A DNA stretch of 64,000 bases from Bacillus sp. (in: firmicutes) (GCA_012842745.1 DUSF01000004.1:12818-76817), one strand, 5' to 3'; counted from the stretch's first letter, positions 46,735 through 57,384 are shown. Notes: a model not told the origin generated them from the letters alone. Made by a program: numbers and translations.

Positions 46735-47091
46735 TTAACATTCTTCCGGTGTACCTGTACGATCGGCTGTTTTAAAGGAGGAACCGCAGCCACAAGATGC
46801 AATTGCATTTGGATTATCAATCGTAAAGCCGCCACCCATCATATTTTGCTTATAATCAATTTTAACCCCATTTAGGATTGGTGCGTCATTGTTATCTACC
46901 AAAACTTTCAAACCATGCTGAGTAAATAGTAAATCTTCATCAGACTTTTCTTCCTCAAATCCCATCCCATATGATAAACCGCTGCAGCCACCACCTTTAA
47001 CGCCGATGCGCAAAAGCAAATTCTCATTGCCTTCCTCTTTCATCATATGGAAAATTTGATTAACAGCCGCTTCTGTTATTATAATATTCAT
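46735..47091 (-). CDS. yutM: HesB/IscA-family Fe-S cluster carrier
   Basis: GGGCSGLSY and the C-terminal SCGCGSSF. Confidence 0.9.
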   Translation of the reverse strand: MNIIITEAAVNQIFHMMKEEGNENLLLRIGVKGGGCSGLSYGMGFEEEKSDEDLLFTQHGLKVLVDNNDAPILNGVKIDYKQNMMGGGFTIDNPNAIASCGCGSSFKTADRTGTPEEC

Positions 47092-47306
47092 ATACTGAAC
47101 CTCCTTCTGATGGATCTCATTTTACATATTGTTATCAGTATACTAATTTTAAATATTTAATACAAAAATGTTGCTTATTATATATTTATTCCAAAAGCGT
47201 ATTATTGTGACCAAGTTGATATTTTCTTTATACATGTCCAAAGCAGTACCTTAATACTACAATTAATGGTACATTATTAGTAATAAATAGGTGGGGGATG
47301 ATACTA

Positions 47307-48059
47307 ATGTCAAATGAGCAATTAACACCCTTATACGATAAAAAAGAAACTTGCCCGTTATGCCAAACCGCTTTTACCTCAAAAAAAATACGCTCGCGTT
47401 TTGTAAAAGTTGATCATACTGATTCCGATTTTTGTCCTTACTACCATGACGAAACGATTAGCCCACTTTTATACTTTGTAAAGGTTTGTCCTTCATGTGG
47501 GTATTCTTATACTGATCAATATCAAACCTATTTCTTTGAGGGTACAAAAGAGGAAATTATTAATTCAGTGTCAATGAAATGGGTTCCACATGACTTTGGC
47601 GGTGAAAGAACGATTCATCAAGCCATTCAAACTTACAAATTAGCATTCTACTGCGCAACATTAAAAAAAGAAAAAGCAATCGTAATCGCTAGCATTTTAC
47701 TGCGTCTTACATGGCTTTATCGGCGAATGGGAAATGAAAAAGAGGAAGAGCGCTTTATGGAATTGACATTAGAGCAATTAAATGGTGCTTATTTAGATGC
47801 ATACTATGGTAATACTGATTTAACAGAAATCCGAGTTTTATATTTAATAGGTGAATTAAATAAAAGGTTAGGTCATTATGACGAAGCGTTAACTCATCTT
47901 GCGAGGGTTGTTGATAAACAAAATACAACACTTGAACGAAAAGTCGTTGATTTAGCTAGACAGCAATGGTTTGCAACAAGAGATATTTTAAAAGAAAAGG
48001 ATGCTGATCAAGCAAATAATTCTGCAGATGAGAATCATACAAATGAAGAGGCGAACTAA
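47307..48059 (+). CDS. DUF2225 zinc-ribbon protein
   Basis: CPLCQ...CPSCGY zinc ribbon plus a helical (TPR-like) C-terminal region. Start moved to Met4 after GGTGGGGGA. Confidence 0.65.
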   Translation: MSNEQLTPLYDKKETCPLCQTAFTSKKIRSRFVKVDHTDSDFCPYYHDETISPLLYFVKVCPSCGYSYTDQYQTYFFEGTKEEIINSVSMKWVPHDFGGERTIHQAIQTYKLAFYCATLKKEKAIVIASILLRLTWLYRRMGNEKEEERFMELTLEQLNGAYLDAYYGNTDLTEIRVLYLIGELNKRLGHYDEALTHLARVVDKQNTTLERKVVDLARQQWFATRDILKEKDADQANNSADENHTNEEAN

Positions 48060-48110
48060 TAAATATAGAATGAATGAACAGTGAGTATTCCCCACTGTTC
48101 GTTCAAAAGT

Positions 48111-48350
48111 TTAAAACATTGGATTTTCATCTAAAAATTTATAGATATTTTCAACTAAAGTATCGGGGGTAGCTCCCGAAACAAATTCTCCATTAACTAA
48201 TGCGAAAAATGTGTTGGCACACTTCCCGCAATAGCCCAGGCAGCCATACTCAATGACATCAAGATTCGGGTCCTTTTCTAGCGTTTCCTTTGCCTTCTGT
48301 GCCCCTTCTGCCAAATTACTTATGCAAAATTCAATAAGTGGGTAAATCAT
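48111..48350 (-). CDS. yuzB: UPF0349/DUF1450 protein YuzB-like
   Basis: 79 aa. IEFCISNL...[14 protein letters not shown]...ALVNGE matches YuzB. Confidence 0.8.
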   Translation of the reverse strand: MIYPLIEFCISNLAEGAQKAKETLEKDPNLDVIEYGCLGYCGKCANTFFALVNGEFVSGATPDTLVENIYKFLDENPMF

Positions 48351-48527
48351 GCCATGACCTCTTTCTGCTTAACTTAGTACATATCCTGACTTTTACATTT
48401 TACTAAATAACGTATGGGAGATAAACTATAAAGCACAACTGGAAAATAATTTGAAACCGAAGTTGTTTGAATAGATTTTTATTTTGCTAACAATTATAAT
48501 AGGTAGGTAAGAAAGGAGAAGATTTTA

Positions 48528-48767
48528 ATGAGTGATAATAATACAATCTTTCAGCAAGTTGAAGAAGTCCTTAACAAGCTCCGCCCTTACTTGCAACGTG
48601 ATGGCGGTGACTGTGAATTAGTAGATGTCGAAGATGGAATTGTTAAATTACGTTTAATGGGTGCTTGCGGTAGCTGTCCAAGTTCTACAATCACTTTAAA
48701 AGCAGGAATTGAACGAGCTTTAGTTGAGGAAGTTCCCGGAATTGTCGAAGTGGAACAAGTATTTTAA
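48528..48767 (+). CDS. yutI: NifU C-terminal-domain-like Fe-S scaffold protein
   Basis: [17 protein letters not shown]...[14 protein letters not shown]. Confidence 0.9.
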   Translation: MSDNNTIFQQVEEVLNKLRPYLQRDGGDCELVDVEDGIVKLRLMGACGSCPSSTITLKAGIERALVEEVPGIVEVEQVF

Positions 48768-48800
48768 CTTTATTCACCATAAAAGCAGCCCTCAATGCAC

Positions 48801-49739
48801 TTATTTCATTGAGGGTTGTTTTTCAATATCAACTATACAATTTGTATCTACCGATAAACCTGCTTGATCGACTTGTAAAATTTCGATATCAGCAGCAGGA
48901 AAGCTTTGCTGTAAACGCTTCTGAATCGACTCCCCTTTGCCTTTAGGGGCAAAACAAATAATCGTCGGACCGGCACCACTAAGCGCTACGCCGAAGGCAC
49001 CTAATTCATCTGCTAATGAATAAACCTTTTCTAATTCTGGCACAAGCTCCCCACGGTATGGCTGGTGAAATAAATCTCTTGCCATCATTTTCCCCGCTAA
49101 TTCCCAATTCGATGTTAACAGCGCTGCAACAAGGACATTGCTAATTCCACTAGCGAGCACAGCTTCTTTAAAATCCATTTGTTCTGGAAGAACACTGCGC
49201 GACTTTTTTGTTTCAAGCTCATAAGTTGGAATATAGACAACAATATCAATATCAGGATATCCACCATGGACCATATCTGTTCCATCTTCACGATGGCTAC
49301 CGACGATTAAGCCCCCATATAAAGATGCCGCCACATTATCCAAATGACCTTCTATATTACTTGCTCGTCTTAGTTTCTCATCGTTTGATAAATTTAAATC
49401 AAGGATTTGATTTGCCAGTTCAATTCCGGCAACGATTGCAGCTGCACTGCTGCCAAGCCCCCTTGATAATGGAATGTCGCTCATTACTTCCACTTTATGG
49501 GGCAGCAATTCAAAACCGTAATCTTCGGCAACTGACAAAGCAACCTTATACATTAAATTATCTTTACCAGATGGGAGTCCAACAAGGTCATTGGACCTTG
49601 CTACGAACTCCCATTCATAATGTGGTGTAACATCTAAAACTAAATAACGATTCACTGCCATCCCAACAGAGTCAAAACCCGGCCCTAGATTTGCTGTACT
49701 TCCTGGTGCAGTTATTCTAAAAGCCTTTTTGTTGGTCAT
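48801..49739 (-). CDS. thrB: Homoserine kinase
   Basis: GHMP kinase motif [16 protein letters not shown]. It overlaps thrC by 4 nt. Confidence 0.95.
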   Translation of the reverse strand: MTNKKAFRITAPGSTANLGPGFDSVGMAVNRYLVLDVTPHYEWEFVARSNDLVGLPSGKDNLMYKVALSVAEDYGFELLPHKVEVMSDIPLSRGLGSSAAAIVAGIELANQILDLNLSNDEKLRRASNIEGHLDNVAASLYGGLIVGSHREDGTDMVHGGYPDIDIVVYIPTYELETKKSRSVLPEQMDFKEAVLASGISNVLVAALLTSNWELAGKMMARDLFHQPYRGELVPELEKVYSLADELGAFGVALSGAGPTIICFAPKGKGESIQKRLQQSFPAADIEILQVDQAGLSVDTNCIVDIEKQPSMK

Positions 49740-50800
49740 TGTGTTACCGCCCCTTGGATATGTTCAAAGACAACTTTTTCATCATTTGGCAACACGATTG
49801 GTTTAACTGAAGCAGTATTAACAGCACAATCAGGGTCCTTTAAGCCATTACCTGTTAACACGGCAACGATTTTTGAACCTTTTTGAATTTCGCCGCTTCT
49901 TACTTGTTTAATAACACCGGCAATTGATGCACATGAGCCAGGTTCAGCGAACATGCCTTCCTTTTGAGCAATTAATTGGTATGCTTCTAAAATTTGTTCA
50001 TCTGTTACTTCATCAATTTTACCATTTGATTCCTCTGCTGCAGCAACAGCTGTTTTCCAGCTTGCTGGGTTACCAATGCGAATTGCAGTTGCAATTGTTT
50101 CCGGATTCTCGACAACAGCACCGCGGACAATCGGCGCTGCACCAGCAGCTTGGAAGCCACGCATCACAGGTAGCCTTGTTCCTTTTTTCGCATGGTATTC
50201 ATTAAAACCTTTCCAGTAAGCAGTGATATTACCTGCATTTCCTACAGGGATTGCTAAAATATCTGGTGCATCCCCTAATTGGTCGCAAATTTCAAATGCG
50301 GCTGTTTTTTGACCTTCGATACGATATGGGTTAACAGAGTTAACAAGCGTAATTGGAGCGTATTCAGTGATACTACGCACCATATTTAACGCTTGGTCAA
50401 AGTTTCCTTGAATAGCGTAAATCTCAGCACCATACATAACTGCTTGTGCCAATTTGCCTGCGGCAATTTTGCCATCAGGAATTAAAACGATACAGCGCAT
50501 CCCGCATCTAGCTGCATAAGCGGCAGCGGCAGCAGATGTATTACCAGTAGAAGCGCACATAATCGTCTTGCTTCCTTCTTCTTTCGCTTTTGCAACAGCC
50601 ATCACCATGCCACGATCTTTGAATGAGCCTGTTGGATTAGCACCCTCATATTTTACATAAAGCTCAACACCAAACATTTCTGATAAATTTTCTAAAGGAA
50701 CAAGCGGTGTGTTCCCTTCATTCAAAGTCAACATTGGCGTCTTTTCTGTCACCGGTAAATATTCCTTGTATTGATTAATTAAACCTCTCCACCACATCAT
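49736..50800 (-). CDS. thrC: Threonine synthase
   Basis: PLP-lysine motif [11 protein letters not shown] and N-terminal [19 protein letters not shown]. Confidence 0.95.
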   Translation of the reverse strand: MMWWRGLINQYKEYLPVTEKTPMLTLNEGNTPLVPLENLSEMFGVELYVKYEGANPTGSFKDRGMVMAVAKAKEEGSKTIMCASTGNTSAAAAAYAARCGMRCIVLIPDGKIAAGKLAQAVMYGAEIYAIQGNFDQALNMVRSITEYAPITLVNSVNPYRIEGQKTAAFEICDQLGDAPDILAIPVGNAGNITAYWKGFNEYHAKKGTRLPVMRGFQAAGAAPIVRGAVVENPETIATAIRIGNPASWKTAVAAAEESNGKIDEVTDEQILEAYQLIAQKEGMFAEPGSCASIAGVIKQVRSGEIQKGSKIVAVLTGNGLKDPDCAVNTASVKPIVLPNDEKVVFEHIQGAVTQ

Positions 50801-52095
50801 AGTACTTCCTCTCCTTCAACTCGGTAGCTACTCTTAACATCATAAACTACATCTAATGTAATAAGTTTTTCCATAATTTCATTATAAGCCTTTTGATTTG
50901 CTTGATGTGTAATGATTACAATTTCTGCTATACCACGCTTCTTTAAAGGTAGCTGCAGAATTTTCTCAAAGCTGATATTATAGCTCGAGAATAGGGCAGT
51001 AATCGTCGCAAATGCACCGGCTTGATCTTTAACATGAATACGCAAGAAATATTTTGACAAGATTTCCTCATCAGATTTCAAGCTCTTTGTATATTGCGGG
51101 GCAACATACTTTCTTCCATTAACAGCTAATCTCATGTTTTTCATCACTTCAACGAGATCGGAAACAACTGATGTTGCCGTTGGTAATTGACCTGCACCAG
51201 GGCCATAAAACATTGTTTCCCCTACGGCTTCACCATAAACATAAACAGCATTGAAAACATCATTTACAGTCGCTAGCGGATGACTATTCGGCAATAATGT
51301 CGGCTGCACACTGACCTCGACTTTATCATTATCACGGCTAGCAATACCAATTAATTTCATTGTGTAACCAAGGCGTTTACTATACTCTAAATCTTCCTCA
51401 TTTATACTTGAGATGCCTGTTACCTTTACATCATCGAGATCAATGAGCATCGAAAAGCCCAGTGTCGCAAGAATCGCCATTTTTCTAGCGGCATCTAAGC
51501 CTTCTACATCTGCGGTCGGATCGGATTCAGCATACCCTAATTGCTGCGCTTCTTTTAGTACTTCTTCATAGGCCCGGCCTTCCTGTGACATTTTTGTAAG
51601 AATATAGTTCGTTGTTCCATTCACAATCCCCATCATTTTTGTAATCCTGTCAGATGCCAAGCCGTCTACTAAGCTACGGATGATTGGAATACCGCCGGCA
51701 ACACTTGCTTCAAAAAACAAATCACAGCCATTATCTGCAGCAATCTGCAAAAGCTCTATCCCATAAACTGCCATTAAGTCTTTGTTAGCAGTCACAACAT
51801 GCTTTTTATTTTGAAGTGCTTTAATCACGTAATTTCTCGTTTCTTCAACTCCACCCATCACCTCAACAACGATGTCGATGTTTGGATTTTCAATCACTTC
51901 ATTTGGGTCTGTCGTTAATTTAGTTGGATCAATTTCGATATCACGCTGTTTATGCAAATCTTTTACAGCAATTTTGGTAATTTCAACCGGACACCCAACT
52001 TGATGCATTAATTTGTCTTGATGACGTTCTACAATTTGAACAACACCGCTGCCAACGGTTCCTAACCCTAATAATCCGATAGAAATTGATTTCAC
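50797..52095 (-). CDS. hom: Homoserine dehydrogenase
   Basis: [12 protein letters not shown] Rossmann fold and a C-terminal ACT domain. Start moved to GTG 52095, after GAGGAAGGGGA. Confidence 0.95.
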   Translation of the reverse strand: MKSISIGLLGLGTVGSGVVQIVERHQDKLMHQVGCPVEITKIAVKDLHKQRDIEIDPTKLTTDPNEVIENPNIDIVVEVMGGVEETRNYVIKALQNKKHVVTANKDLMAVYGIELLQIAADNGCDLFFEASVAGGIPIIRSLVDGLASDRITKMMGIVNGTTNYILTKMSQEGRAYEEVLKEAQQLGYAESDPTADVEGLDAARKMAILATLGFSMLIDLDDVKVTGISSINEEDLEYSKRLGYTMKLIGIASRDNDKVEVSVQPTLLPNSHPLATVNDVFNAVYVYGEAVGETMFYGPGAGQLPTATSVVSDLVEVMKNMRLAVNGRKYVAPQYTKSLKSDEEILSKYFLRIHVKDQAGAFATITALFSSYNISFEKILQLPLKKRGIAEIVIITHQANQKAYNEIMEKLITLDVVYDVKSSYRVEGEEVL

Positions 52096-52288
52096 GATTT
52101 TATTTCCCCTTCCTCTATGTCTACAATTGGAACACACCTGTTTTCACCATATGGACATTATAGATGTTATTCCTTTTCAATACAAGAGATTTTTTTGTTA
52201 ACAGGTACTCGCTTGGATTAAATATAGCTGCCGGATTTTTCGGGACAGAAACGCCAAAGATACCTTTTCTAATAGTAACATAATTCGC

Positions 52289-53293
52289 TTAAAATTTTAC
52301 ACCTTGAAGCCATTCTATTTTAGGAATTTGCTTATTTCTTGTAGATAAACTAATATTTTTAAAAAATGTTCTCAAAAATTGCTCATAACGCTCTGTTTCC
52401 TCGACATAGTGAATAAAGTTTTTTTCATACCATTTTTTTACGTCCTCAGTTGATGCCGTATAATAGCCTTCAATCAATTCAAAGTATGGAACGGGAAATA
52501 ACAATCTGGCAAATAACATTCTCCTACTTGTAGGTGATAATGGCATCCGCTTTTCATAATGATACAAAAAGCTCCTCATTTCCTGTAAATCGAACCCAAC
52601 GGCAAACTTATGTCTAATCCATTCTGCGAGATCACGACTAGGATGATCATAGGTTAATTCAGTTGGAAAAATAACCATATCTGATTCGATTTGCCCCTTA
52701 TATTTCACATGGCAAATCGTCCCTGTTTGCATTTCCTGGCGTTCGTCATCCCATATGCTGTCAGCAACATACTGAATAGCATTTTCGGACAAACCAAGAT
52801 AATAAGGAAACGAGTCGAAAAATAATTTTTCAAAACGGTTGGCTGGGATTTCCCGTACTTTTTGCCCCCACCAATTTTCCAGTTGAGTAAGGCGTGACTC
52901 CCATAAGGATTTCCATAAACCAAGACGTGTTGCTGTTTTCGGAGGATATGGATATAAACGGCCCAATGCATGAAATCTTGCTAACTCCTCGCCATCCGTG
53001 AACATTTTTCTTCTATTTAATCTTGGCATTTTATAAATAACTACTTTTCCGTTATTGATGTTACCAACTAACTCTCCGGTAACAGTTGGCATAAACATTG
53101 CGATTCTATCCTCTTTTTGAAAAAGCAAAAAATCACTTATTTGTTTTATTTCTAGTAATTCCTCTTTTTCCAAGTGGGGTATTGGCACAATAACATACAA
53201 ATCTCCTTTTTCATAAAAGGCATTGTAGTTTCGATAACGAACATATTGATTGCTATTTAAGCGATATTGTTCGAATAAATCCCTTTCCATCAT
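52289..53293 (-). CDS. yutH: CotS-family spore-coat kinase-like protein YutH
   Basis: 334 aa with a kinase-like fold (ICHVKYKG...). It occupies the yutH position next to hom. Confidence 0.7.
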   Translation of the reverse strand: MMERDLFEQYRLNSNQYVRYRNYNAFYEKGDLYVIVPIPHLEKEELLEIKQISDFLLFQKEDRIAMFMPTVTGELVGNINNGKVVIYKMPRLNRRKMFTDGEELARFHALGRLYPYPPKTATRLGLWKSLWESRLTQLENWWGQKVREIPANRFEKLFFDSFPYYLGLSENAIQYVADSIWDDERQEMQTGTICHVKYKGQIESDMVIFPTELTYDHPSRDLAEWIRHKFAVGFDLQEMRSFLYHYEKRMPLSPTSRRMLFARLLFPVPYFELIEGYYTASTEDVKKWYEKNFIHYVEETERYEQFLRTFFKNISLSTRNKQIPKIEWLQGVKF

Positions 53294-53450
53294 GATCTTT
53301 CACTCCTTTTTTCTACATCCTAATTTATATGTATGTATTCAAAGCAAAATCCGAAGTATAAAGTGGAGTTTATTGGAAAAGTTAAGAATAAATTATGAAC
53401 ATAAATTATGCGAAAAACGTATATTATGATAAGAAAAGGTGATAAACGAG

Positions 53451-53951
53451 ATGAAGGATGAAAAGAATATGGACGCTATCGAAAAAAGAGCAAGAGAGCT
53501 ATTAAAAGAACGCGGAGTAAACCTTAGCGATATTGCTGATTTAGTATATTATTTACAGAAGAAATATCATGCGAATTTACAAATTGAGGAATGTTTAGCG
53601 AATGTTGAACGAGTTTTATCAAAACGGGAAGTACAAAACGCTATTATAACAGGAATCGAATTGGATATGTTAGCAGAAAAAAAACTAATTTCCGAGCCAT
53701 TATTAACAATATTATTAAATGATGAAGGCTTGTATGGCGTTGATGAAATCATTGCCCTCTCCATCATAAATGTATATGGCTCAATCGGTTTTACGAACTA
53801 CGGTTACATCGATAAGCAAAAACCGGGAATTTTAGAAAAAATCAACGAGAAGCAGGACGATGTTTGCAATACTTTTTTAGATGATATTGTTGGTGCCATT
53901 GCAGCAGCAGCATCAAGCCGCCTCGCCCATCGAGCTAAAAATGTGGAGTAG
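53451..53951 (+). CDS. yutG: Phosphatidylglycerophosphatase A-family protein (YutG-like)
   Basis: PgpA-like C-terminus (GYIDKQKPGILEK...FLDDIVGAIAAAA). Start moved to ATG 53451, after AAAAGGTGA. Confidence 0.75.
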   Translation: MKDEKNMDAIEKRARELLKERGVNLSDIADLVYYLQKKYHANLQIEECLANVERVLSKREVQNAIITGIELDMLAEKKLISEPLLTILLNDEGLYGVDEIIALSIINVYGSIGFTNYGYIDKQKPGILEKINEKQDDVCNTFLDDIVGAIAAAASSRLAHRAKNVE

Positions 53952-53979
53952 GAAGTTAAATATGGGCAGAAAACCGACT

Positions 53980-54170
53980 AAGACTACCGTAAAGACAGTA
54001 GTTAGTGACCTTTATTGCTTAAATTGTTGGAAAGCGGGCACTAGTGCGGTGTTCTAGTGACCGTAAGTACTCAAAAATTATAAATGCGGTCACTAGCACG
54101 GTATTCTAGTGACCGAAGTTGCCCTTAAATTATTAAAACGGGTACTAGCGCAGTGCTCTAATGACCGAAA
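53980..54170. repeat. Tandem array with a 52-bp period; each unit is an A/T-rich segment plus a 27-bp hairpin (GGTCACTAG-N9-CTAGTGACC)
   Basis: Hairpin left arms start at 54036, 54088 and 54140 (exactly 52 bp apart). The middle copy is a perfect 9-bp stem and the flanking copies are degenerate. A further decayed copy ends at 54010. Confidence 0.8.
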
Positions 54171-54207
54171 CTACCCAAAATGTATAAAACATTGGCGCAT
54201 CGCTCTC

Positions 54208-54978
54208 CTAAATTCTATCCAGCCATTCACTTAAAGAGTCGACTGCATAAGTCGGTTGCTTTTCATAAGTTGTTAATTTTTCCTTTGTTGTTACTCCTGA
54301 ATGAACTAAAAGCGTATCAAGGCCTGCCTGCATTCCAGCCGCAATATCTGTATCATAATTATCACCAATCATTAATGTCTCTTCCTTTTTCGTCCCTAAC
54401 ACTTTTAAGGCTTGATCCATAATGATTGATTCGGGTTTGCCGATAAAAATTGGCTTTACTCCTGTAGAAACTGATATAACGGATGTCAATGCTCCATTGC
54501 CAGGCAGTAGCCCCCTCTCAGTCGGAATCGCTATATCTGCATTTGTCGAAATAAAAGTTGCCCCGCTCCGGATTCCTAAGCAGCCTCTTACTAACTTTTC
54601 ATAGGAAATATCCCTGTCAATTCCAACAACAACATAATCGGGCTTTTCATCAACAATGGTAAGCTCTTTCTCAAGAAGGGCATGACGGAGGCCGTCCTCT
54701 CCAATCATATATATTTTTGTTCCGTTGTTTTGTGCTTTTATGTAATTCGCCGCTGCTTGGCTAGAAGTAAATACTTGTTCTTCTGTTGCCGGTATTTCAA
54801 ACAACTGCAGCTTTTTCGCAATTTGGTCTGGTCGTCTAGATGAGTTATTTGTGACAAATAAATAGGGGATTTGTTTTTCGTGTAAAGCCTTAACAAATTG
54901 AACGGCTTCTTCAATCCGTTCTGTACCGCGATACATCGTTCCGTCTAAATCAATTAAATAAGCATTGTATTTTTTCAC
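54208..54978 (-). CDS. yutF: HAD-IIA phosphatase (NagD/YutF-like)
   Basis: YLIDLDGTMYRG (DxDG nucleophile motif), FVTNNSS and IGDNYDTDI. Confidence 0.9.
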   Translation of the reverse strand: MKKYNAYLIDLDGTMYRGTERIEEAVQFVKALHEKQIPYLFVTNNSSRRPDQIAKKLQLFEIPATEEQVFTSSQAAANYIKAQNNGTKIYMIGEDGLRHALLEKELTIVDEKPDYVVVGIDRDISYEKLVRGCLGIRSGATFISTNADIAIPTERGLLPGNGALTSVISVSTGVKPIFIGKPESIIMDQALKVLGTKKEETLMIGDNYDTDIAAGMQAGLDTLLVHSGVTTKEKLTTYEKQPTYAVDSLSEWLDRI

Positions 54979-54999
54979 AAGTTCACACTCCTCAATATA

Positions 55000-55054
55000 T
55001 AAGAAAGAGCTGTCTTACATGTGTCAATATCAATCATAGACACATAAGACAGCT
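55000..55054 (-). terminator. Terminator after the Cys-rich regulator gene
   Basis: AGCTGTCTTA(CA)TGTGTC-13 nt loop-GACACATAAGACAGCT (16 bp plus a bulge), with a T-rich tail on the minus strand. Confidence 0.65.
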
Positions 55055-55063
55055 TTATTAGGA

Positions 55064-55690
55064 TTACTTCATTATATGATATTGACATGCACCATCGCCA
55101 TCGCTTATGCATGAATGTCTAATAATCTTATCTGTACCAAGAACTTCTTTAAATAATTCAAGTTCCCGGTGACAAGCAGCATTATACTTATTAGCGACAA
55201 GAGAAATTGGGCAATTATGTTCGGAAAGCTGGAAGCTACCATCTTCATTTTTTTCTAAATTTGCCATGTAGCCGTTATCATTTTGAATTTGAACTAGCTG
55301 TTCAAGCCTTTCTTCCAATGGTTTATGATCCAAGCGTTTGATTAGCGCTTCCTTCATACGGTTTTTACGTCTTTCGAACAACTGGTCCACCATTTCTTGG
55401 CCGCTCAATTCTTCAATATCAGCTATAAATTCTAGAATAATATTTTTATAGTTTCGTGGAAATAGTTCTTCCCCGGCTTCAGAAAGCTGATAAATATTTA
55501 AAGGGCGCCCCATCGCTTGTCGAACTAGAATTGTTTCAACATAACGATCTTTTTCCAACGTATTTAAGTGTCTTCGAACAGCCATTTCAGTAATTTGCAA
55601 TTGATTCGCCATTTCCGTCACTGTCATACGTTTGTTCATCTTTAACATTGTTAGAATTTCATCCCTAGTTGAAGATGTATTACTAGCCAT
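55064..55690 (-). CDS. Winged-helix transcriptional regulator with a C-terminal four-Cys cluster (SufR/COG2345-like)
   Basis: N-terminal HTH (RDEILTMLKMNKRMTVTEMANQLQITEMAVRRHLNTLEKD). C-terminal C-x12-C-x20-C-x7-C (HNCPISLVANKYNAACHRE...RHSCISDGDGACQYH). Start moved to Met9. Confidence 0.6.
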   Translation of the reverse strand: MASNTSSTRDEILTMLKMNKRMTVTEMANQLQITEMAVRRHLNTLEKDRYVETILVRQAMGRPLNIYQLSEAGEELFPRNYKNIILEFIADIEELSGQEMVDQLFERRKNRMKEALIKRLDHKPLEERLEQLVQIQNDNGYMANLEKNEDGSFQLSEHNCPISLVANKYNAACHRELELFKEVLGTDKIIRHSCISDGDGACQYHIMK

Positions 55691-55780
55691 TGACATCACC
55701 ACCCTACCCCACACTATAACACAATTTTCGACATTTCTAAAGTTTCATATTTATATATTATCGAATTTTTGTTAACATTT

Positions 55781-56218
55781 TTATCTTTTAAAAGCAGTTA
55801 TTACCCCTAATTCATTTTCCAAGTAGCGACGAACCTTGTCTGGGAAAGCCTTTAACGCTTCTAAATGCTCTTTTAATTCCTGTAAAATTTGTCCATGATC
55901 AATTTCTGTATAATTTTGGACAACTTCCTTACGGAAAGAAATAATTGTTTTAAGCGGAAGCTCATCATTAGCATCAATTACTTTTTCATCTAATAAAATA
56001 TCAATAATGTCTTCGTAACTGCCCGGATCCCTCATAATAAAACCATCAATCAACGAATTTCCGACATCAAGAACTGATTCGATTACAAGGTGAACAACTC
56101 GCTCTAATGCAAGCTTTTCAAGATGGCTCTGCCAGCTAGTTTGTTCATTAACAATTTTAATATTGTTTTCAATTAGTTGTAATAATTGTTCAATTTTATC
56201 ACGATCTACAAAATACAA
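55781..56218 (-). CDS. yutE: DUF86 (HEPN-like) protein YutE-like
   Basis: 145 aa, all-helical, at the yutE position. The expected RNxxxHxY region reads RKEVVQNY. Confidence 0.65.
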   Translation of the reverse strand: MYFVDRDKIEQLLQLIENNIKIVNEQTSWQSHLEKLALERVVHLVIESVLDVGNSLIDGFIMRDPGSYEDIIDILLDEKVIDANDELPLKTIISFRKEVVQNYTEIDHGQILQELKEHLEALKAFPDKVRRYLENELGVITAFKR

Positions 56219-56409
56219 CTGTAATCCACCTCACATTTTTTCTTATATTTATTATGTTCATTTCGCATATATTTATTTTAGCATAGCATCATCCAATTTC
56301 GATAATCTTTTGACAGAAAACCGACATACTAATAATAACAATATAGCATTTTCCACGACAAGATATGGTTCTTGTTGTAAAATAGATTTCGGTAAGCAAA
56401 AGTTCGAGG

Positions 56410-56697
56410 ATGGAGGAGATTATTATCTCAGATTTTTTCTTTCTTTATGATGATATAGTTGAAGCCAAAACGAGATTCATCAGTTTTGTCGGTACGAAGC
56501 AAAGATTTGATTTAGCTATCATTCAAACGGATCGCTATTATGGTAAAAATATTGTTCTTGACACGCAAAGCCATCGCTTTGCGATTATCGGTCATGATGA
56601 TTTGAATGAACCAGGCTATCTTGAAGATATTTATAATTTAGATGAAGAAGATGCGGAAGACCTTCGTCATTTTCTTAGAGGAATTACTTCAATATAA
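56410..56697 (+). CDS. Conserved small acidic cytosolic protein, hypothetical
   Basis: 95 aa with FLYDDIVEAKTRFISFVGTKQRFDLAIIQTDRYYGK. My memory suggests a Bacillus-specific DUF, but I cannot name it reliably. Confidence 0.5.
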   Translation: MEEIIISDFFFLYDDIVEAKTRFISFVGTKQRFDLAIIQTDRYYGKNIVLDTQSHRFAIIGHDDLNEPGYLEDIYNLDEEDAEDLRHFLRGITSI

Positions 56698-56764
56698 ATT
56701 GGATTGACTTTCATTACATGAAACCGCCTTTTATAGTGAATCCTACCTATAGGAGGTGGTTTTT

Positions 56765-57064
56765 TTGGGTTTTTGGAATAAAAGTGGAAAACGTGAGGAA
56801 TATGCGGATTTTGGAAATGTTGAAACAATGCGAAACTTTTTAATTCCTGAGGAATTTCCTGATGGAGCATATGGCTGTTCAATTCGACAAGAGGCACCCG
56901 TGGAACTTAAGAGTACACCGTGGGAAGAAGGACAGCGTAGATACAGTGCTTTCAACTACGAGTTCAAGTCTATGCATCAAGATTTGCCGCGTGAATATCC
57001 TGGTGCACACCCAACGCACGATGACCCTGATACGAATCACGAAATGCCGTATACATCACCGTAG
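56765..57064 (+). CDS. Hypothetical small protein
   Basis: TTG start 8 nt after AGGAGG, 99 aa (MGFWNKSGKREEYADFGN...), with a terminator immediately downstream. Confidence 0.5.
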   Translation: MGFWNKSGKREEYADFGNVETMRNFLIPEEFPDGAYGCSIRQEAPVELKSTPWEEGQRRYSAFNYEFKSMHQDLPREYPGAHPTHDDPDTNHEMPYTSP

Positions 57065-57079
57065 TGTATAAAAAATAAG

Positions 57080-57105
57080 ATTCCACAAACCTCGGTTTGT
57101 GGAAT
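57080..57105. terminator. Bidirectional terminator
   Basis: ATTCCACAAAC-CTCG-GTTTGTGGAAT (11-bp stem). Confidence 0.8.
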
Positions 57106-57111
57106 AAATTA

Positions 57112-57384
57112 CTACCGCTTTACCTTTTTTAAAACAAAATAAGCACAGCCAAAATTGCAATATTCATACAAATATTCTGAAAGTGTACTAATTTTCGTTT
57201 CCGCTGTTGCTTTTTGGTTTGCATCATCAAAAAAACCTTTTAATCTTAGTTGGCTATATCCCCAGTCACCAACAATATAATCATATTTATTTAAAATATC
57301 GCTATACCGTTCTTTAATAGCATCCTCATTAAATCCGTCACGATAGTCTTCTACAACCTCATATTGTATACCGTTTATTATCAT
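57112..57384 (-). CDS. yutD: DUF1027 protein YutD
   Basis: RYSDILNKYDYIVGDWGYSQLRLKGFFDD...EYCNFGCAYFVLKK matches YutD closely. Confidence 0.85.
   Translation of the reverse strand: MIINGIQYEVVEDYRDGFNEDAIKERYSDILNKYDYIVGDWGYSQLRLKGFFDDANQKATAETKISTLSEYLYEYCNFGCAYFVLKKVKR

Noticed and set aside
53980-54170. The repeat-spacer-like array with palindromic 27-bp repeats could be a mini CRISPR.
   Set aside because: The intervening segments are homologous to one another (the same A/T-rich pattern), so they are not unique spacers. The period is only 52 bp with about 3 to 4 decaying copies. No cas genes or leader are present, and the array sits between two convergent housekeeping genes.
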